Source of the DNA: Hemiscyllium ocellatum
Taxonomy: Eukaryota
Reading direction: 5' to 3'
NCBI RefSeq assembly: GCF_020745735.1
Contig: NC_083409.1
Location: 19,426,341 to 19,490,340 of the forward strand
DNA length: 64,000 nucleotides
In this document: in pieces, positions 53,266-63,545 of the stretch
Layout: each line of letters opens with the position of its first letter
Position numbering within the stretch: the stretch's first letter is position 1
Position numbers and translations under genes: made by a program
Notes under the pieces: generated by a model
Told to the model about the DNA's origin: nothing
What the model saw: the letters and a program-made list of their open reading frames with translations, nothing else
Database searches by the model: none

Positions 53266-55146
53266 TACCAACTACTGCTCTCAGAGGGTTGCGAATCTGT
53301 GGATGTGAGTGCGCACCACCACCAACCCCTCCCACCCCCCTCCCCACTCCCCCCGACCCCCTTCCCTAAGCACAATGGAGGCAGAATCAATCAACAGAAA
53401 GAAACAGATATCTTCCTGATGAAAAGCAGGATAGAGGGCAATAGGTAGCCGTCTGGAAAGCGGAGAGGAGGTTAAGTTCAGCCATGATCATGTTAAATAG
53501 GAAACGGGCTTGAAGGGTTGATTTACCTGTTCCTGTTCCTCATTCTGAAGTTCAATCTTGCTAAGGCAATGAGATCCTTGTTTACTGTCCTGTATTGGGG
53601 GTTCCAGTTTGAAGCTGGTCCATATTTACTGTCTGTAGTGGAGAGCTCAAAGAAATGAAGGCCGTTCTTTCCTGGTTTCTATTGGAGGGCCCAACAGGAA
53701 TAAGCTCTATGTTAACTAGTCTCCGCTGGAGTATTCAGTGGGAAATAGACGCATCTTTACTAGTCTCCATTGGAGGTTCCAGTGGCAAAGAGGCACCTGT
53801 TTAATGGTCTCTACTGGAGAGTTCAGTGGGAATGAATTCCATGCTTACTGGTGTCCATTGGACAGTCCAGTGGGACATGGATAACGTGGTGAGTGTGGGG
53901 CTCATTTCCTTTCTGTAGTAACTGTGTGATGGTCCAATCCTCATCCCAGTAAAACAGGAGCTTGAACATGGAAGGGGAAGATGAGGGGAAAGGATTGGAA
54001 TATATTGTGAATGGACAAGATGGGTCAATGGGTCAGAGCCTGTCCTATCCCTCCAGCTCACACTGATAGCCTGAGGATCTCCTCTCTCTGCTGGACCTTC
54101 ATGGAATGAGGTTTGTGTCCAAACCAGTCCCCAGTAAGAATAGGTCAACAGCACAGAATTGCCCTTCATTTGACAAGAAACTGACTGTCTTCTTGACAGA
54201 GGCCAAATCCTGGTCAATGTGGGAAATGGGGCTTTACTGCAGGAGTAGACATACTCTTTGTGTCAAGGGTTAACATCCATAGTGGGGTAGAGCTGGAGCA
54301 GATTTACCCTGTATTTAACTTTTACCACTTGGGACATTGTTGGAAAGGCAGAGAGAGGGAGAGAGTGTGTGTTAGAGGAGAGCAAGAGAGACTGTTGGCG
54401 AGAGAGACATAGAAGGATAGGGTGTGAAAGTGAGAGAAAGCAGGATAAAGAGTCTGAGGCAGTGTAGGATGAGTAAAAGGGGGGAGAGAGAAAGAGGTAG
54501 AGAGAGGTAGAGATGGTGGAGTTGAAGAATAGAGATAGAGCAAGATAGAGTATGAGACAGTGTGACTGAGAGAGAGGGGACAGAGAGAGAGAGAGAGAGA
54601 GAGAGAAAGATGCAGAGCAGGTGTGAGACTAAGAGTAAAGGGAATCTAGTGAAAGAGAGACAGACAGAGACGTTCTGGTCACCACATTATGAGAAGGATA
54701 TGACTGTACTCAAGAGGGTGCAGAGATTTCCCAGGATGCTGCCTGGCCTGGAGAGTCTAATCTATGAGGAAGGGTTGGAAAGGCTGGGATTGTTTCTCTT
54801 GGAGCAGTGAAGGTTGAGAGGGAACTTGCTGAAGGGCTATAAGATTATGAGGGGCAGAGATATAGTGGAAAGGAAGGCAACGTTTTCCATGAGTAGAGGG
54901 ATCAATATCCAGGGGCAGAGATTGGAGATTACACAGACATAAAAAGATGGAAACAGGGAGCAGCAGTAGGGTTAGGATTAGGGATAGGGATTGGCCCTAT
55001 GAGGCTGCTCTGTCATTCAATATGATCATGGCTGATCCTCTCCCTCAATGCCAACCTGGGATTGGTGTTGTTAGATCATTGATGACCAGTACAGACTTGT
55101 TAAATGCTGTTCATGTCATTGTGCTTCTGGTTGAGAGAGAGACAGA

Positions 55147-55177
<31 letters not shown>

Positions 55178-55680
55178 AAGTGAGAAAGTGTACATTGTGT
55201 GATTGAGTGAGAGAGGGCAAGGCATTTAATTGCTGCCCCAGATCTCACTGTTCCAATGTCCTGGAATAACGCCGGTAATAGAGATCAGTTAGAGAGTGAC
55301 CAGAGGGAGGGAGACAGAAAAAGAGAGAGTGACGCAATTAGAGATTGAGGGTATAAAGATAGAACGAGTGAGGAATTAGGTAGAAAGATATGTGAAGGAG
55401 AAGAATGAATGATAAGAAAGAGAGAAAGAGAGAGAAAGAGACCAATCACAGAAGGAAATGGAGATAAACAGAGTGTCAAACATACATGGAAAAAGGGAAA
55501 GATAGAAGTGGTTATATAATTGGGAGAGGACAGAGTCAGAGACAGAAATAGAAAAAGAGGGAGAAAGTCAATGAATAACAGGAATATATACAAGAGAAAG
55601 GTGAGAAAGAGATAAAAGGGAAAAGGGAGAAAAGAAGTACGAAAAGGAAGGACGAGAGAGAGAGAGCGAGAGAGAGAGAG

Positions 55681-55783
55681 AGAAGAGGAAGTGTGAGGGG
55701 CTGACGTGGCTCTCTCTGCCTGATGCCATTTACATACTGAGGAACACCCAGTCAGACTCTCACAGGCTGCAGCTTTATAAAGC
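55681..55783 (+). promoter_or_regulatory. Right V promoter: GAGGAAGTG, TGACGTGG (55702-55709), ATTTACAT (55728-55735), TATAAAG (from 55776)
   Basis: Direct motif reading; conserved with 3721-3822. Confidence 0.7.
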
Positions 55784-55841
55784 AGAGCCCAGTGAAGGGA
55801 GAGTTTATCAGGAACCAGGCACAGGGACAGGAGCACACACC

Positions 55842-55890
55842 ATGATTTCACACATCCAGCTGATCTGGCCCCTGGCATTCTGTATCGCAG
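55842..55890 (+). CDS. IGKV: Ig kappa-type light chain leader exon, right unit (MISHIQLIWPLAFCIA-G)
   Basis: ATG at 55842, 49-nt phase-1 exon, donor GCAG|GTAC; intron 55891-56076. Confidence 0.93.
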
Positions 55891-56076
55891 GTACAACTCT
55901 CTCTACTTCCACCTTGAATCTTTAGCTGCTCTCTATTTCACTCCAGTTCCACTGATTTGTGATTGAAGGGAAAATGTTGAAACCAGAGGAATGCTCAGAG
56001 TCTCCAACAATCTCTCATTTGACCGGCTCTTTCTGTGACAGTTCTGACTTCACTGTGTTTCTCTCTGACCCCTCAG

Positions 56077-56375
56077 GTATCAGTGGGGACATCATCATGA
56101 CCCAGTCTCCCCCGGTACTGTCAGTGGGACTGGGCCAGACTGCAACCATCACCTGTAAATCCAGTCAAGACATTAACGATGAGCTTTCCTGGTACCAACA
56201 GCGAGAAGGTCAGAAACCCTCTCTCCTGATCTATGATGCAACAGATCGATTCACAGGAGTCTCCGATCGATTCACTGGCAGTGGATCAGGGACCAGTTAC
56301 ACCCTGACAATCAGCAATGTTCAGAATGAGGATGTCGCTGACTATTACTGTATGCAGGATGACAGCTACCCTCTA
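56077..56375 (+). CDS. IGKV: Ig kappa-type V exon, right unit ([100 protein letters not shown])
   Basis: Acceptor CCTCAG|GT; canonical V-kappa framework (WYQQ, GSGSGT, DYYC); open frame; followed by a 12-RSS. Confidence 0.97.
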
Positions 56376-56403
56376 CACAGTGATACAGAGCCATACAAAA
56401 ACC
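56376..56403 (+). other. 12-bp-spacer RSS of right V (CACAGTG-ATACAGAGCCAT-ACAAAAACC)
   Basis: Consensus heptamer and nonamer, 12-nt spacer. Confidence 0.97.
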
Positions 56404-56827
56404 TCAATACACACAGCACCACCTCCTGTACTGACACGTACACAGTTATATAAATGTATAATAATAGACACACAGTCCCACCACCTGAACTGGCACATCC
56501 ACAGCTAGATGCAAATGAAACTGAACAAATTACCCCATACTGGGATTGTCACTGTCCACTACACACTCCAGTCCCTGTGGTGTCCACCGCTCACTGAAGG
56601 CTTCAAGTTTCCCTCTCACACTCCATGACCACACGTGAAGAGCAACTGCAAGATTTAACATTGAAAAATAAATTTCACAAAACTCCCAAGCCCAGCTGGA
56701 TACAGAGAGACAGAGACAGATAGACACATGAATGAGGGAGAGAAAGAGAGGTCCAGAAAGAGGGTGAGAGTGAACGAGACTGAGACAGGGAGAGGTTGAG
56801 AGTGATGGGGGGGAAGCAGAGAGCAGA

Positions 56828-56866
56828 GGTTTTTGTACAGCCTCTGCACTGGGAGCTCTCACTGTG
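56828..56866 (+). other. 23-bp-spacer RSS of right J (GGTTTTTGT-23 nt-CACTGTG)
   Basis: Nonamer 56828-56836, heptamer 56860-56866; spacer identical to that of the left J-RSS. Confidence 0.97.
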
Positions 56867-56901
56867 GCTTACGTTTGGTAAAGGAACCAAGCTCAGACTG
56901 A
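56867..56901 (+). CDS. IGKJ: Ig kappa-type J segment, right unit (LTFGKGTKLRL)
   Basis: FGXG motif, phase-1 donor GTAAGT at 56902; one synonymous difference (TTT/TTC) from the left J. Confidence 0.96.
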
Positions 56902-57839
56902 GTAAGTAAACCTCCATCCTCTGTTATTAACCCTTTCAGTACTGAAACAACTTTTTAAAACACAAATAATGAATTGTTGAAGGTGTTAGTGGGGAGCTGC
57001 AGTGAATGAAATGGTTGATTGAGGAGCACTGTGTCTAGCAGAGTGCCCATCTGTATTTCTTTAGTTCCATTGTCCCTTTAAGCAGCAAGATATAAATCAG
57101 TAAGTTTTACTCACTGTGTGAAGGAGTTCTGTCCATTTGCAGTCTGTGGTCCCATTCCTGCAGCATGGAGTGAAATCAGTGAGTAGCCTCCTGCCAGTCT
57201 CAGTGTGACGGACATGGGCAGAGTTTGATGTGAGCTCTGGCTCCCTGTCCCAGTCTCTGATCTCACTGACCTCAGCAGCAGCAGCAGCAGCACAGTGAGA
57301 CACCGAGCTCCCACCTCCCCCAGCTTTAACTCTGCTCAATCACACAATCACAGAATCGTTACAGTGCACAAGGAGGCCATTCAACTCATCCTGTTTGTAC
57401 TGGCTCTCTGAATGAGCAATTCACTGAGTGTCATTCTCCTGCTATCTCCCTGTCACCCTGCACATTGTTCCTTTTCAAATAATAATCTCGTTCCCTTCGG
57501 AATGTTTTAATTGAAGCTGCCTCCACCACACTCTCAGGCAGTGCATTCCACACCTTAACCACTCACTGGCTGAACATGTTGTTCCCTATTTCACTTTTGT
57601 TACTTTTCCCAATTACTTTCAATCTGTGGTCTCTCGGTCTCAATCCTTTCTCAACTGGGCACATTCTCTCCCTATTTACTCACTCCAGGCCCCTCCTGGT
57701 TTTAATTCCTCAAACAAATCTCTCAGCCTTCTCCAAAGAAGGCAGTCCCCAATTCTCCAATCAATCTGTATAACTGATGTTCCTCATCCCTGGAATAATC
57801 TTTGGGAATATTTTTTGCCATTTCTACAAAATGTCACTC

Positions 57840-60800
57840 CTTCCTGAATTATTGACATTATCTATGACCCTCATGCTCTTATAAACCTCTATCAGGTCAC
57901 TCCTCATACTCTTACACGTCAGAGTAAAAAGTCTCAGCTTTTCCAGCCTCTCATAGTCATGGAGTCATACAGCATGGAAACAGACCTTTCAGTCCAACTT
58001 GTCCATGATAACCAGATATCCTAAACTGACCTCATCCTATTAACCAGCATTTGGTTTACATCCCTCGAAAACCTTCCTATCCGTATACCCATCCCAATGT
58101 GTTTTAAATGCTGTAATTGTATCCACCTCCAACACTTTCTCTGGCAGCTCGATCCATACACATACCACCCTCTGTGTGACAAGTTACCCCTCAGGTCCCT
58201 TTTGAATCTTTTGCCTCTCACCTTAAGCCTATACCCTCTTGTTTTGGAATCCCTTTCCCAAGGAAAAGACCTTGGATATACACTCTGTCCATGCCCCACA
58301 TGAATTTACAAACATTTATAATGCCACTCCTCAGCCTTAGATGCTGCAGGAAAAATAGGCCCAGTTTCCTCAGCCTTTCCCTGTCGCTCAAACCCTCCAA
58401 TTCCTGGTCATGTCTTTGTCAATATTTTCTGCAGCTTTTTAAGTTTAACAGCATCCTTCTTGTCGCAGCATGATCAGAATTTTTCACATTATTCCCAAAG
58501 TGGCCTCACCAATCTCCTGTACAGCTGCAACATGATGTCCCAACTCCTGTACTCAATGCAGTGATCAATAAAGGCAAGTGTACCCAACACCTTCTTTATC
58601 AACCTGTCTACCTGTGACCCCACTTTTAAGGAATAATGCACCTGCATCTTCTCCCCGAGGTCTCTTTGTCCAGCAACGCTCCACAGGGCCCTCCCATTAA
58701 CTGTATAACTCCTGCCCTGGTTTGCCTTTCCAAAATGCAACATCTCGCATTTACCTAAATTGAACTCCATTTGCTACACCTCTGCCCATTGCCCCATCTG
58801 ATCAAGGTCCCGCTGTACCCTGAGATGAATTTCTTCACTATCCACTGTCCTGCCAATTTTGATGTCATCCACAAACTTACTGTAACTCCTATATTCACCT
58901 CCAAATCATTTCTTTAAATGACAAAAGCAGTGAACCCAGCACCAATGCTTGTTGCACACATCTATTCACAGATCTCCAGTCTGAAAAGCAGCCTTTTAAA
59001 CACCACTCTCTGTCTCCTATATTCAATCCAATTTTTTTATCCCAATGGCTCACTCCCCCGGATCCCATGTGGTCTAACCTTACTAACCAGTCTATCATGT
59101 GGAACCTTGTCAAACACTTTGCTAAAGCCCATATAGACAATGTCTACTGTTCTGTCTTCATCAATCTTCTTTGTCACCTCCTCAATCAAATTCAGGAGAT
59201 ATGATTTCCTATGCAAAAAAACCACATTGATTATCCAAAGAATGTAAATCCTATCCCACAGAATCCACTCCAACATCTTACCCAGCACTGACATCAGGCT
59301 CACTGGTCTATAGTTCCCTGGCTTTTCCTTACAGTCTTTCTCAAATAATGGCATAACATTAGCCAACCTCTCTGGTTCTCCAGCACCTTACCCATGGTTG
59401 TCAGTGATACACATATCTCAGTAAGGGGCCCAGCAATCTCTTCCCTAGTTTCCCACAATGTTCTGGGATACACATGATCAGGTCCTAGGGTTTATCTACC
59501 TTTATGTGCTTTAAGATCTTTTGCGTCTCCTCATTTGTGTGTGGTCTCTTTTCAAGACATCACTATTTTTCCAAATTCCCCAGCATTTGTTTGGGATCTC
59601 ACTCATCTCTTGTGTCTTACCAAAATACAGCACTCACCTTTATCTGAATTAAACTCCATCTGTCATTCCTCAGCCCACTGGCCTAGTTGGTCAAGATTCC
59701 ATTGTATGATTAGACCTTTTTCACAGCCAATGATTAGATTAAATTCTCTATAGTGTGAAAACGGGCCCTTCGGCCCAACAAGTCCACACCGATCCTCCGA
59801 AGAGTAACCCACCCAGACCCATTTCGCTCTCTGTAATGCATCTAACACTATGGACAATTTAGCACAGCCAATTCACCTGACCTGCACATCTTTGGACTGT
59901 GGAAGGAAACCAGAGCACCCGGAGGAAACTCACGCAGACATAGGGAGAATGTGCAAACTCCACACAGACAGTGTGCTGCCCCGCTCAACCACCACTGAGC
60001 CACCGATGCCTCCTGAAAATTCACCTGAACACACTCTCGCAACTCTGGTCCCTCTCTGCCCATTACACTACTGCTACCCCAAACTATATTCAGAAACTAA
60101 AGACCTCCCGCCCATTTATAACAACTCTATCACATTTGAAGGTCTATGTAAACTCCTTGCATTTGTATTCCTCCACATCCTTCCCACTAGGAGGTGACTT
60201 ATTGACTGTTCTGAGGATTCTGTGGACCTTGGTGTTCCTCTCTGATATTCCCTCCTGGCTCCCACAGTCCTGCCAAGTTAATTTAACCCTCTCTAACAGC
60301 ATGAGTAAACCACCTCACAAGAATCTAATGCCCTCCCTCATGGATCCACTTTCCAGCCCTGCTGTCACCTGTGTTCACCTCCTGATTCTATTCTCACTTG
60401 CATAGGGCACTGGGAGTAATCCGAAGATTCCTACGTTTGAGTTCCTGCTGCTAATTCCCTCCGAAGCTACCGAACTTCTGACTGCAAGACCACTTTTCTC
60501 CTTCTGTCACTAGGACCAATGTGGACCACTACTGCTGCCTGTTCCTCGTCTCCCCTCAGGGTGCTCTGCAAACGGTCAGTTCATCCTTGACTCTGGCACC
60601 AGGGAGACAACACACTATCCTGGAATCCCATCTGCAGCTGCACAAACACCTATCGATTGCCCTTGAATCTCTTCTCACTATCGCTCTTCCCATCTTCTTT
60701 GTGCCCCCCACCCCCACCTCCCCCCTGCAACTGAGCCCCCCCTGGTGCCAGGGACTTGGCTGTGGATGCACTCCCCAGATGAACCATCATTCTCATCAGG

Positions 60801-62790
60801 ATTATGAACTGAATCCTGGATGGACAATGGGATGCACTCAGGGGATTCCTGTACTAGCTGCTGCTCCCCCATTCCCTCTCTCCCTGCACACTCTGAAGCT
60901 GCGGAGTGACCACATCTAGAAACATTCTCTCCATGGAGCTCTCAGCCTCATGGACGCTCTGCACTGACACCAGCTGCTGCTCAAGCTCCGAAACCCGGAG
61001 CTCCAACTGCTATCACTGACCACACTTCCTGTTCTCTTGGTATTCCAGGAGCTGCGAAACATTTTGAAGTTCCCACATGGATGCACACCCTCTCCATTCT
61101 TGGATTATCTCTTTGCAGAGTTCTGATAACAAACAGCTCCAGCAGGGCAAACAGTCCAGTGGGTTCAGTGTTCCAGAATTTTGGGGAAACTCTCCAGAAG
61201 ATTTTAAGAAACAGGAGCAGAAATCAGCCATTCAGCCCATGGAATCTGCTCTGCCATTTGATCTTGGCAGATATGCTTCTCACCCCCATTCTCCTGCCTG
61301 ATCCACAGGAACTTTCCATCCCCTTCTCAATCATGAACCTATCTATCGCTGTCTTAAATACATTCTGTGACTTGCCCCCCTGTCCTCTGTAACAATGAGT
61401 TCCACAGATTCCCCACCCTCTGGCTGAAGAAATTCCTCCACATCTCAGCTCGAAAGGGTCGGCCCTTCATTCTGAGGCTGTGCCTTGGTTATCTAGTCTC
61501 TCCTGTTTTTGGAAACATCTTCTCCACATCCACTCTATCCAGGCCTATCAGTATTCTGCAAATTTCAATAAGATCCCTCCTCATCCTTCTAAACTCCAGC
61601 GAATACAGACCCAAAGTCCTCAACCACTCCTCATATGACAAACCCTTCATCCCCAGGATCATTCTTGTAAATCCCTCCAATGCCAGCACATTGTTTCTTA
61701 GAATATGGGTCCCAAATATTCCAAATTCAGTCTGACCAGAGCCTTACACAGCTTAAGTAGTACATCTCTGCCCTTGTATTCTGGGTCTATTGAAATGAAT
61801 GCAAACATTCCACTTGCTTTCCCAAGCACAAACTGGACCTGCCTGTTAACCTTAAGAGAAACCTGAATGAGGTTTGTGCTTTAGATCTCTAAAGGCTTTC
61901 CTTATTTAGAAAATACCTCCATACCCTGACTCCATTGTTTCCTGAAAGATCATCACCAATGTCCCCACAATCTCCTCAGTGATCTCCTTCAGAACACACG
62001 GGTGTAATTCATCCAGTCTGGGTGAGTTATCCACACTCAGACCTTTCAGCTTCCCCAGTACCTCCTCCTCAGTGTTGGCCACAGCACTCACCCCTGACAG
62101 TCTTGAAGTACTGGGACACTGCTGGTGTTGTTTTCCATTGTGCAGACTGATGTAATGTATGGATTCAATTCCTCGACTTTTTCTTCATTTTCTATTATTG
62201 TTTTTCCAATGTCTATTTCTGCCTCCCTCTTCATTTTTATAAATCTTGTGAAACTCTTGCAATCTTCTTTTATATTACTGGCTCGCTTTCCCCCCACATT
62301 TCACCTTCTGTCCCCTGAATGTGTTTTTTTTTAGTTGTCCTCTATAGGTTTTTAAAGACTTCCTAATCCTCTGGCTTCCCACTATTTTCCACCACATTGT
62401 ATGCCTTTTCCTTTTGTTTTTATGCTGTCCTTGACCTCCCTCATCAGCCATGGTTGCCTTGTCCTCCCCTTAGTCTGTTCCTTCTTTTTCAGGAGGAATT
62501 CCTACTCTGCCTCCTGAATTACGCCCAGAAACTCTGCCATTTGCTGCCCTACCACCTTACCTGCTCGGCTCCCCTTACAACCAACTCTGGCGAGCTCCTT
62601 CCTCATGTCTTTGTACTTACCTTTCCTCAATTGAAATACTGTTCCACCTGATTACAGCTTCTCCCTCTCAAACTACAGGGGGAATTCTATCATATTATGG
62701 TCACTTATCCGGAGGGATACTTTCATTTTCAGCTCACTAACCAAGTTTGCCTCATTACACATCACTGAATCCAAAACTGCCTGTTCTAAA
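57840..62790 (-). mobile_element. CR1 fragments downstream of the right J (RT 57840-59720; truncated V-SINE 59720-59975; ORF1 60430-61100; ORF2 61140-62790)
   Basis: PGNYRPVSL, CCLPGARVKD (CR1 ORF1) and EFRRMRRDLIE frames. Confidence 0.8.
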
Positions 62791-62791
62791 T

Positions 62792-63109
62792 GATTAGATT
62801 AGATTAGACTTACAGTGTGGAAACAGGCCCTTCGGCCCAACAAGTCCATACCGACCCGCCGAAGCGCAACCCACCCATACCCCTACATATTACCCCTTAC
62901 CTAACACTACGGGCAATTTAGCTTGGCCAATTCACCTGACCCGCACATCTTTGGACTGTGGGAGGAAACCGGAGCACCCGGAGGAAACCCACGCAGACAC
63001 GGGGAGAACGTGCAAACTCCACACAGTCAGTCGCCTGAGTCGGGAATTGAACCCGGGTCTACAGGCGCTGTGAGGCAGCAGTGCTAACCACTGTGCCACC
63101 GTGCCGCCC
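62792..63109 (-). mobile_element. Young V-SINE
   Basis: Near-identical to the reverse complement of 45428-45736. Confidence 0.9.
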
Positions 63110-63169
63110 GTGATCAACCACAAGCTGTTTCAAAAACCATTTCATAGACACTCCATGAAACCCTTTTGT

Positions 63170-63545
63170 TGAGATGCGCTACCCAGTCCATCTAAACATT
63201 GAAGTCTGCCATAACATTTTGTATTTGGCTTTTCTGTCTCCAGTTCCAAACTTCCAGCTCAGCACTGTCTCCATAACTTGTCCTACCTGCCTATCTTCTT
63301 TTCCACCTATCCACTCCATCCTCCACTCCCTATTGTACTTTATGCTACTTTCTCCCCACCTCCACTCTCCTCTCATTTTTCTCTCCACCCTTCAGGCTGT
63401 CTGCCTCTATTCCTGATGAAGGGCTTTTGCCCGAAATGTTGATTTTTACTGCTCCTCGGATGCTACCTGAACTGCTGTGCTTTTCCAGCACCACTCTAAT
63501 CTAGAATCTGGTTTCCAGCATCTGCAGTCATTGTTTTTACCCTTT
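63170..63545 (+). mobile_element. Penelope-like 3' terminal repeat containing a hammerhead motif
   Basis: Same terminal sequence as 11430-11720. Confidence 0.75.
63409..63444 (+). ncRNA. Minimal type I hammerhead ribozyme-like motif (ATTC-CTGATGA-A-GGGC-TTTT-GCCC-GAAA-T-GTT-GATT)
   Basis: CUGANGA and GAAA core around a 4-bp helix II, inside a Penelope terminal repeat. Confidence 0.65.

Larger units (their letters stand above)
44500..59600 (-). repeat. Right arm of the inverted segmental duplication
   Basis: Mirror of 1-24900; shorter because it lacks several left-arm insertions (7934-10165, 11429-15905, about 19.5-21.1 kb). Confidence 0.85.

Noticed and set aside
55285-55896. 203-aa hydrophobic ORF on the minus strand, and similar Leu/Ser-rich ORFs
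   Set aside because: These are translations of CT/GA low-complexity tracts antisense to the promoter.
57027-57105. Heptamer followed by GTAAGT as a possible second (pseudo) J
   Set aside because: The segment is 66 nt long with no FGXG motif and no nonamer.
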